DNA from: Eledone cirrhosa
Lineage: Eukaryota
Reading direction: 5' to 3'
Assembly: GCA_964016885.1 (NCBI GenBank)
Contig: OZ024744.1
Location: 77,376,001 to 77,440,000, forward strand
Length of the DNA: 64,000 nt
Notes under the pieces: generated by a model
What the model was told of the DNA's origin: nothing
Seen by the model: the letters and a program-made list of their open reading frames with translations, nothing else
Databases searched by the model: none
Made by a program: the position numbers and the translations under genes
Shown here: positions 54,046 through 64,000 of the stretch, piece by piece
How positions within the stretch are numbered: position 1 is the first letter of the stretch
How the letters are laid out: every line of letters begins with the position of its first letter

Positions 54046-54839
54046 TATTGTCAATTTACTTTTCAATTCACATATATCTATAATGCATATATATTTGCGT
54101 ATAATACCAATATGCACACTACATGTGCTAGCAGAATTTTCTGCTAGTCCAGTCTAATGCGAGCCACTCGGACAGCGTACACACGGCCATAAAAGGGATC
54201 ACTTATGACGTAATCTCACGGACAAACTTTAAAAGATTCAAATTCCGGTAAGAAAGTTATAGAATACGGGGCAAATAAAGAAAGATGGAAACTATGCAAA
54301 CCTTCATAAAATATGTAGTTGTCATCTTTATTTGTTCGTAAACTATATTTTATTTTATAACAAGGGTCAGCTAAAAAGTTCATAGGTTGACCAGGATACT
54401 CTCATGAATGACCAAATGTGGTTTATTTTATTTATTTATTTCAACCTAGTCACTGGAAAGAAACATGCACTAATTAATAAGAAGAGTTGAAATTAATGCA
54501 TGCAAGATTTCACAGCTCTAGCATCGCTCCTTCATAGTTAGCCTATGAACTTTTCAACCGACTCTCATGTATATATAGATGTGTGTATGTGTGCGCGCTC
54601 GCGCGTGTGTGTGTGTGTGTGGTTTGGGGTTCTTTATAAGAACCTTCTTGTACAGTATTGCCTAATAACTGCTTCACAGTTCTTTTGGAATAACAAAGTT
54701 CCTCACAATCATAATTTACTTGGCATTTCTAGACATTCACAGTCTCATAACTAGGAGTGTTGGAATATGTTTACCTCTTTCGTTCTAGTTTTCTCTTTTT
54801 GTATGAGATGTTTAGTTTGTGTGCGTGTGGATGTGTTTT

Positions 54840-55022
54840 TTATGTTAAGTACTGTGTGCTGAGTTCTAATCTATTATTTATTTGTGGGTTGAGTCTACGT
54901 ATGAGCATGGCTTCCTTAATTCTTAAATTGCCCATATTTCTATCTCTAGCTTCAATAGTAACAGTAATATGTTGGTTGATGTTTCTACGTTTGTCAATGT
55001 GTTTTTTTAATGAGGATAGTAC
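54840..55022 (-). pseudogene. Penelope-like GIY-YIG C-terminal fragment
   Basis: SSLKKHIDK...EARDRNMGNLRIKEAMLIRRLNPQINNRLE matches the PLE L.I.EA..I....P..N motif. Confidence 0.7.
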
Positions 55023-55069
55023 TCAGTAAAAAGGTAGAATAATAAATAATATGAATCATTTCTGATGCA

Positions 55070-55305
55070 ATCCCAACTCAGATGAACATGTCCTACGGAT
55101 GACTGAGGACCTCCCACCCAAAGTACTGTTATACAGTTAACTTCATAATGGTGCACGTAATGTAGAGAGACCATTACTCAGATTTAAAGATAAGCTGATG
55201 TACAATCTTAAATCTGTGAATATACCTCTCATTTCTCTTGAAGCCCTTGCAACTGACCGGGGAAACTGGAGAACTGTCTGCCATGAAGGTGTAAAGAAGG
55301 TGTAA
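55070..55305 (+). mobile_element. RTE/BovB-like 3' fragment
   Basis: HVLRMTEDLPPKVLLYS.LHNGARNVERPLLRFKDKL...LATDRGNWR. Confidence 0.75.
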
Positions 55306-55319
55306 AGAACTATGAAATA

Positions 55320-55750
55320 TTTCGGAGTATTCAAGCTGTTCCAAGCAATGCTGTTTTTTTTTTTGTAAGTGTTCTATCTGTATTACAATCCCTATTTGTT
55401 TAATGTACTTCTCAAGATCTTTACTTACTGTTCCTAAGACTCCAACTATTATTGGTCTCACCACCACCTTTTTCCAGTAACCACAACTGATGAACCTCCC
55501 ATGCTAACCTGTCATATCTTCCACTCTTTCATACTTTTCCTTAAGAATCGCTCAACATTTGATGCAATACAAAATAAATTAACGCATTTCATAATCCAAG
55601 AGTGTGGAATAATATCACAGGCTTTGCAATAATCGATCCACGCCACAGTGAAGTTGTTTTTTTTTTTCCTCTTGCAACCCGTCACTATTGTTTTATCTAC
55701 CAAAAGTTGGTCCTTGGTACCCTTCCTGCTCATCTGGTAGAACTCCATTT
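55320..55750 (-). mobile_element. Internally deleted R4/Dong-like LINE
   Basis: RT piece GTKDQLLVDK...AWIDYCKACDIIPHSWI joined to the RLE tail VVRPIIVGVLGTVSKDL...LQK. Confidence 0.8.
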
Positions 55751-55869
55751 TCTTTAAGATGCCCGTACATTGATTCTGCGATTATTCAAGTCAATAATTT
55801 CCACAAAAGCGGAAATAATTTATTTCATTTTTTTTTTTTTTTTCCAAACATTTTCTTCCAAGAATATGG

Positions 55870-57725
55870 ACGGAACATCCCCTCTCTTTAAGCCAGTTGT
55901 CACGTGACAACGACTCAAACGTTGAGATGAGTGACATCACCCCTGCCACCAACGCCATTATTAACAATGCTACCACTACTACCACTAAAGGAAACATTGC
56001 TAACAACAACAACAGAAGCACAAACAACAAAAAACAAAACAAACGAAAACTACCACGGTAATAATGACAACGACACTAACAACAACTGCAAAAACAACAG
56101 CAACAACGACAACAGCAACACCAACAGCAAAAACAGCAAAAAAAAAAAAGTGAGAGCAACAACAACAACACCCCACCGACAACAATGTGAACATCGACAA
56201 CACTAAAAGCATCAAAACAACAGCAACAAAATTAACGACAGCACCAGCAGCAGCAACAACAACAACGTGAACACCAACAAGAGTACTTTTGCAGCCACAT
56301 CTGCGAAAAATACAAACTCTGTACACAGTGGATATAACAGTATAACAAGAACGTTTGATTCAAGCGTCAAAGCTCATCACCAGAAAAAGACCTGGGCCAA
56401 GATAAACGTTCCGGTAGAAGTGATGGCAACGATGGAAAGGAGAACTCTCAAATATAGATGCATTTCGATGCAATCTCGTAAGGCTGAGATGGCCTCCCAA
56501 TCACAAGTGGAGGTTGCACTGAAGTGAATCATAAATGACATAGAGCACATAGCAAGGGCCAAACAATTCGGGAGTATATCGGTGCTTTTTAAAACTGCAG
56601 TCCCTTGCAAGTCATACCAAATTGTAATGTACTCGACATTATGCATTTCCAGGACCCCGCCAGGATTGGATCAATCGTGGTTTCTGGGATACATGGCTAC
56701 AGAGAACCATGGCACCCTCCTCGATGTAAAATTTACAAAGACGGAGAAATGGTCCGGGACTGGTTTGGAGATTCATCTCCAAATCAAACCCGAAGACATA
56801 AAATATATCCCGGGTAACGCGAAACTACCAGACGGGTACGAAATACAGGTGATTACTGAAGGAGGAGGCCACACTGTTTCGTTTTTTGATGAAGCAATAC
56901 ATCTGCGAGCCTTTGGTTCTCAGCTGAAAATTGAAAGGGGCTGCATACCTCTGTTGCTGCCAACTTCGGTGCCGGGACAAACAACCGTTGCATCAACAAC
57001 GCCAGCACCGACAGTAATAGTAGGATTAATAGCACCACCAGCAACAACAGCTAAACCACTACCACCAATAACGAAGACAGAATCAACCCAAGAAGAAAAT
57101 AAGGAAAGCTCCCCCACACGCTCTTCCCCGCCCCAAACAATAAATACATAAACACGCACACAAACACAAATATACACCCAGCAACATTTGAAACAGGAAC
57201 AACCGAAAGAAAGCGAAGAAATAAAAACGCAAACACACACAAAAAAAGATGTGGTTTGTGAGACACGTCTTTCCGCAGCTAGTCTCTTTGACTGATCTGT
57301 AGTCCTGGATCAAAAAGAGACAGTGACTTGGTGCCTGGTATCATTCCTGATGTCAGGCACTCACTGCCCTCTACCAGGCGGGCAACGTGGTTAGTGGAAA
57401 TTCCACTCTAGAGTTCTATAGAGAATTAGTGGTAGGCAAGTGTGACGACGCTCTCGGGGGGGGGGGGGGGGGGGGGTCGCTGAGCGTCGACGAAATTGAA
57501 CTGACCAGTCTGTTCCGGAGGATTTTTCGAGCCTGGGACTATGGATAATTTCCAGAAATCCTTCGCTTGGCAGTGCTATCGGGGTGCACTGCCGGTTCAA
57601 AATAAATTCTACAGACACGGAAGTGATGTCAGATGGACCTGTCCGAGATACGCACAGAGAGTCGAAACCATTCTACATGCATTCGTCCAGTGTCCGTGCA
57701 TTACTGACTTTGGAGATATATAGAA
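55870..57725 (+). mobile_element. Decayed L1/Tx1-like LINE (ORF1-like region plus C-terminal zf-RVT)
   Basis: Disrupted low-complexity/ORF1-like frame 56270-57150; LAWQCYRGALPV......CPR....ETILHAFVQCP at 57560-57700. Confidence 0.6.
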
Positions 57726-57881
57726 CAACTGTTATCGAAAAAGGTTGTGTGGTTGTGAGTATGCAAGCATGTGTGAGTGCATATATATATGTGTGTGTGT
57801 GTATGTGTGTATGCGTATGTATATATATATGTATGTATAGGTATATATATATATGTGTGTGTGTGTGTATGTGTGTATGCG

Positions 57882-57954
<73 letters not shown>

Positions 57955-58661
57955 ATATATGAGAGTGGGTGTGTGTATATATGTGTGATCTATGCATGTG
58001 TGTGGATGTACAGACTTATATGCGTGCGTGGGCTCCTGTGTTTGGGTGTATGTAGGTGTATACACGTCTGTGTGCGTCTGTAGTATGCCAGACTGTCTAT
58101 GTTGTTGAATTTCTAGATCTTACAAATACTATCCACAACCAGACAATTTCCCTTTTTTTAAATTCTTTGAACAAAAACATGAAATCTCTTTACCGACACG
58201 ATAAACTAGCACCGGGCCGTCCGAGCGTGACACATCCCACAGACCCCTACTTCCTGTTTACACCAAAACAAGTCTTTGACTGACCAATACACATTCCAAA
58301 ACGCGCGCGCGCACACATACACACACACGATTCCTTAATTGCTCGCGCACTCACATAAACACATACATGAATATTCGTGAATACACATCCGCTTTGCCGC
58401 CCCACCAATTACACCAATATATATATACATACGCCCACACACAAAATAATTGTTTCTACTTTAGGCACAAGGCCAGCAAATTACCCAGTGCATTACTGGT
58501 ACTTTATTTTATCGACCCCGTAAGGATGAAAGGCAAAGTCAACCTCGGCGGGATTTGAACTCAGATCATAAAGGGACGTAACTATGCTGGAAAGCATGGC
58601 GTCCGACCCTCTACTGATACTACCAATCCACCCCTTTCCCACACAAAATAATAGGGCCGAT

Positions 58662-58723
<62 letters not shown>

Positions 58724-59524
58724 TTTCTCAGCCCACATACCACAACAATAATGTATCTTTTGTCGCATCAGCAGAACGATACTGGGGTCGGGTCCATAAC
58801 TCTTATGGGTCACCTTGAGCCAATCCTCTGTGAAATATGCGTAACAGGTCGCTACACAATAAATATTTTTCATATCTAAACGAAACTGCCTCGTTTTTTC
58901 TATTATATATATCATCATTTCATCATTTCATTTTACGTCCGCTTTTCCCTGCTTGCAAGGGTGGGACGGGAACTGATTCTGGCATGATTTCTACAGCTGG
59001 ATGCCCTTCCTAACACCAACCTCATTTACAGTGAGTGCTGGGTGCTTTTTGCCGTGGCACCTCCACGACCACTTTGCAGTGGAATGATAGGGACCCCAGT
59101 CCCTATCATCTCATTTCTACAGCTGAGTAAACTGGAGCAATGTGAAATAAAGTCTCTTGCTCAAGGAAACAACACATCACCCGGTCTGAGAATTGAACTC
59201 ACAACCTTTCGATTGCAAGGCCAATGCTCTAACTACTAAGCCATGTGCCTCCATATATATATATATATTAATTTCAAGAACGTCAGTATTCCGTGTCAGA
59301 ATTCTCGATTACCATTGGTTCATAGGTTTCAAACGACTCCGCCCACCTCAACGGTGCCAAACTTAATTGAATACGCATAATACCAGTGAAGGAGTGAGAG
59401 GGGAGAGTAAGAAACAGAGAGGGGAAAGTGAACGCTGTAACTATTACCATGTGTGCGTGCACGTATGTTTATGTGTGTGTGTGCGTGCGTGCAGCGTTCC
59501 ACAGAAAGTAAAAGCAATTCGACT

Positions 59525-59722
59525 TTATCAAACTTCAGCGGCGACGGCGTGCAGCCAGGAATGAAGAAAAACGGGCCGAACAGCGCCATCGGAACGCCGA
59601 ACTTCAGAGGCGAAGACGTGCCGCCACGAATGAAGAGGAGCTGGCTGAACAACGTCAACGAAACACTGGAGCCAAGCAGCGACGGCGTGCTGCGATGGTT
59701 GAAGACGAACTGGCTGAGCATC
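59525..59722 (+). mobile_element. Helitron N-terminal 20-aa repeat fragment
   Basis: Frame reading QRRRRAARNEEKRAEQRHRNAELQRRRRAATNEEELAEQRQRN (60-bp period), similar in style to 43900-44250. Confidence 0.45.
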
Positions 59723-59739
59723 ATCTTTTATATTAATCA

Positions 59740-60086
59740 TCTATATCTATATCTACATATAGTATAAAAGGTTGGAACTTCCATCATCCGTTTGAGAAAC
59801 GTGGAACAACCAAGTCTATTCAATGATACACGTTTTACAGTCAAGCAGAAGATGAACCATCTCCTAGAGGTGGGAGCACCTAGAGTTGTTCATATACTAT
59901 GCACAAACGGTACAACGAAGAATCTGGTATATCTGGAAGATTTTTTTTTACTGTTTTCTGTATCACACATACACCACGGACTCGCCTCACACTGTAACCA
60001 GACAAACATCCAATACAGTCATTTTCTCTTTTACCTGTCTTCTCTTATCATGTGTTTACCCGGGCAAAGCTGGGTACGTCAGCTAG
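59740..60086 (+). mobile_element. Small non-autonomous Helitron (~350 bp)
   Basis: 5' A|TCTATATCTATATCTACATATAGTATAAAA; 3' hairpin ACCCGGGCAAAGCTGGGT then CTAG|T. Confidence 0.8.
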
Positions 60087-60747
60087 TCTATATATTAATT
60101 TCAACAATGTCAGTATTCCGTGTGTCATAATTCTCGATTATCATAGGTTCATAGGTTTCAAACGACTCGGCTCACCTCAACGACACCAAACTTAAATTAA
60201 TATGCATAATGCCAATGAGGGAGTTAGAGGGGAGAGTAAGAAAGAGAGAGGCAAAGTGAACGCTGTGTTGGATACACTATGTATATGAGTCAGTGTAGAG
60301 GCATGTGTGTGTGATGTGTGTGGAAACAAGAGGGGAAGGAAAGCAATAACTATTAACATGTGTGCGTGTGTATGTACGTGCGCGTATGTTTGTGTGTGTG
60401 CGTGCGTGCAGCGTTCCACAGAAAGTAAAAACTATCAACATGTGTGAGTGTGTGCGTGAGTATAAGTGCACGGGTGCGTGTGTAAGTTTGCGTGCGTGTG
60501 CGCGTTTCCATGCGTGTATGTGCGTGTACGTGGGGCGTTCCACAATCGCTACGCAGTTTATCTGTCTGTGTGCCTGTCTGTCAGTCTAACATACACAGAG
60601 TTGTGAATGGAGTAAATAGGGGCCTTTTCTTACAAACCGTACGCAGTCCCGTGCTTCTTACTTTATTATAGTTTAGATTGTACCAAGAAGAAATATAAAC
60701 TTCGGCGAGAAAGGAAATTAGGAATTTATTTGCTTTATATATATAAA

Positions 60748-60851
<104 letters not shown>

Positions 60852-61294
60852 TTCGGGATACAAAAAACAACAACGCAGGTATACAAGTTACAAATGGTAT
60901 TATTAGGTTCACGCTTAGTGAGAATGTGGCGGGGTGCCACGTTTCGGGCATAAGTCCTTCATCGGAAGAGTGGAGGGGGAGGAACTCCGAGAGGGAATGA
61001 GGGGGGGGGGGGTGTTGGTTAGTGAGAGATAAAGATAAAACATGAAGTGGAAAATAAAAGTTAAAATAAAAGTTATAAAAAGATGAGAAGAGTGTAGTGG
61101 GCGGGGAGGCACGGGTGTAGTGGTGCTTGAGGGGTGGATGGAGGGAGAGAAAGGGGGGAAGAGGAAAAATGAGTCCGAGCGAGGATGGTGGAAGGTGAGG
61201 TGTGTGTGTGTATGTATGCGTGGATGTAAGTGTGAGAGTCTGGGTGAGGAGGGGGGGGTACGTGCTGGTGGGTATATATATATATATATATATA

Positions 61295-61359
<65 letters not shown>

Positions 61360-61611
61360 TCAACGTATGCATGGACATACAGTTATTAGGAGTTAAAAGT
61401 TTTAAAAAACTAATCAATCTTTTAATGATAGAAGTCCCGAGGCCTTCTATGAAGGAACATTGTGAATACAGGTGTCCTCTCTTGGAAGTCATCAGTTTTA
61501 TATCGTCCGAAGATTGATTGCGTTTTTAACTTTGACAATGAAACTATTAATAACGCTATGTTTCTTCATACATTAATTATAACAATATTTACATAAATAT
61601 ATGTGTGTATG

Positions 61612-61659
<48 letters not shown>

Positions 61660-61816
61660 AGTATATATATATATATATGTATATTGTTATACTTTGGGAG
61701 GGTCATGTTGCCAATAAGAAACACACGCACCAGTTGTTTTCACTCCAATTTATAAATTTATAAATTTCCGGTTGGTTGGTTGGTTGGTTCCACAACCAGA
61801 CGATTGTTCATATATT

Positions 61817-61859
61817 GTCAAAGTTCTTTCGTCACACATTCTGTGACCTCTTCAGTGAC
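61817..61859 (-). ncRNA. Minimal hammerhead ribozyme
   Basis: GTCA-CTGAAGA-G-GTCACAgaatgTGTGAC-GAAA-GAACTT-TGAC; the downstream ATGACCCTCCC..AGTATAAC tail is shared with ~15500 and ~49600. Confidence 0.7.
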
Positions 61860-61897
61860 TAGGGATTCTTTTCTTTGTTTTTGTGCCTCTCTTTATG

Positions 61898-61981
<84 letters not shown>

Positions 61982-62008
61982 CATACATATAAATATATAC
62001 ATATATAC

Positions 62009-62148
62009 ATGAGTAAAGTCGAAGTTGCAGCTGCGATTAACATTTTTCAAAATCAATCTTCAGAAGCTGGCACGAAGCATATATACATGTGTGTGTGTGG
62101 GTGTGTTACACACCCAGACACGCACGCACACACACACACACATGCACG

Positions 62149-62234
<86 letters not shown>

Positions 62235-62240
62235 CATAAA

Positions 62241-62277
<37 letters not shown>

Positions 62278-62315
62278 GTCTGGGTGTGTATATATATATA
62301 TATGTATATGTGTAA

Positions 62316-62356
<41 letters not shown>

Positions 62357-62467
62357 TGGGTGTGTAACACACACACACACACACATGTATATATTGTTCG
62401 TGCCAGCTTCTGAAAAGATTGATTTTGAAAAATGCTAATCGTAGCTGCAACTTCGACTTTACTCATT
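62009..62467. repeat. Inverted repeat (~110-bp arms) around a microsatellite spacer
   Basis: 62009-62120 vs 62353-62467. Confidence 0.85.
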
Positions 62468-62530
62468 ATTACTATTATTATGCTTTACAGCATAGGGTTA
62501 CGTCCCTTTACGGCCTGAGTACAAATCCCA

Positions 62531-64000
62531 ACAGCCCAACAAAAGGACTGCCAACAACTTCCAGGCCTGGAACAATGACGTGCCGGCGTTGTATGGGCTT
62601 CGAAAAGACCATAAAACGGGCTGTGACCCTGTCGCGGGACCACCAACGCGGCCAGTCTGTGGAGCTAACATTGCAATAACTACAGACTGTCCTACTTCCT
62701 CTCCCTGATCATACGCCCCATCATTGAGATGTCCCCAGACGTATGTGACAGCACGGAGGACCTCCTCAGCAGAATCGGCGTGAGTAACCGATCTGGGGAC
62801 CTAACAAACTGCATAATAGGCAGTGTGGATGTTGTGTCCCTGTATCCATCTATTGACGTGGATTTTGCTGTGGAGAAATGCGTAGAAATGATCAGCGAGA
62901 GCAAGGTTGAGTTCCGTGGGATTGATACCAGTGAGCTGGGACTTCTACTTAAGCTTACCCATAGTAATAGTTACCTAGACACTTATGACCTTAGCAACCT
63001 GTGCCCTACTAGACCAGCAAGGGGCAGACCACCTACCATTACCTCAATGGCCAAGAAAACCCACACAGATAGATGGAACGGGTGGACCAGAGCCATACGG
63101 ACACCCGAAAACCACGATGAACTGAAGAAAATGATTGCACATGCGGTAGGGGCCAGCATAAAATTAACCCTTAAGGAACATATGTTCAAATTTAATGGAA
63201 AAACATATGCCCAAGAGGAAGGAGCAGCCATTGGTGTTAGCATTGCAGGTGACATAGCTAACTTATTCATGGTATGGTGGGACAGTAGACTTAAACTTAA
63301 ACTTAAAGAACAATTAGAAGACAGCTTAACCCTGATAATGTACTCCCGCTACGTAGATGATATAAACATCGTAGTTAAGACACCCCCACTAGAGAACAGT
63401 CAGGAACTAGAGAAAAACACAATGGAAAGCATCCAGCAAATAGCAAACTCCATCCACCAGAGCATTAGAGTTACTATAGACTACCCAAGTAGACACCCCA
63501 ACCATCGATTACCTGTACTAGACACAGAGCTCTGGTTAGATACCATTAACAACCAAAAACAAATCCTCCATTCCCATTATGCCAAACCCATGACTTCCAA
63601 ACATCTGATCCACCGAAACTCGGCCATTTCAGACCATACCAAAATCAACATACTGATTGCGGATTTGGTACGGGTGATGTGAAATGTGTCCCGCATGTGC
63701 AACCCCGAAGAACTAGAGAGACACATACAACACTTCATCCACCGAATGCAGTTCTCTGGCTACAATCAGAGAGATAGAATCAGAGTGTATAGAGGAGCCA
63801 GAACCAAATGGGAAAAAATGGTAAATAATGACATAAATGGGACCTGCCCCTTGTATAGGAGCAAACTTTGGAATAGAATAGAAAGAACTAGGAACAAGGC
63901 CAATAGAATAAACTCATGGTATGATAGCAATAAATACCAGAGTGTAATGTTCATCGATACAACCCCTAGAGGCGAACTAACCTACAAATTTAGAAGGGCC
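62531..64000 (+). pseudogene. Penelope-like element reverse transcriptase (5'-truncated, runs off the window)
   Basis: VPALYGLRKDHK...PPTRPV (frameshift), GSVDVVSLYPSI, FKFNGKTYAQEEGAAIG, YSRYVDDI, LPVLD, HYAKP...IHRNSA...K, then after TGA 63680-63682 NVSR...MQFSGY...PLYR; PLE RT and thumb signatures. Confidence 0.92.

Noticed and set aside
63680-63682. In-frame TGA in the PLE RT as possible selenocysteine recoding (known in Naiad PLEs)
   Set aside because: The position corresponds to Arg in the thumb R..RN.S motif, so CGA>TGA decay is more parsimonious; no SECIS could be assessed.

Overview
AT-rich, microsatellite-laden eukaryotic DNA. The repeat landscape suggests an octopus/cephalopod intergenic or intronic region, but the organism is an inference. 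No intact host protein-coding gene is evident and most ORF-track entries are microsatellite artefacts. The window is a mosaic of roughly 30-35 copies of one tRNA-derived SINE (Nin/Deu-like core), fragments of CRE, R4/Dong, RTE and L1/Tx1 non-LTR retrotransposons, hAT and mariner MITEs, Helitrons (one with both termini, about 4.1 kb), minisatellites, and Penelope-like element (PLE) remnants (RT at the right edge, two GIY-YIG fragments). The most notable hidden signal is about 15 type I hammerhead ribozyme (HHR) motifs, intact or decayed, from many distinct families. They sit in small non-coding elements, often embedded in (TA)n and often arranged as palindromes or inverted repeats. They include a tandem HHR pair 437 nt apart (retrozyme/circRNA-like, 22822-23700) and two unrelated HHRs with an unusually long (~60 nt) stem II. 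All structures were paired by eye and coordinates are approximate.
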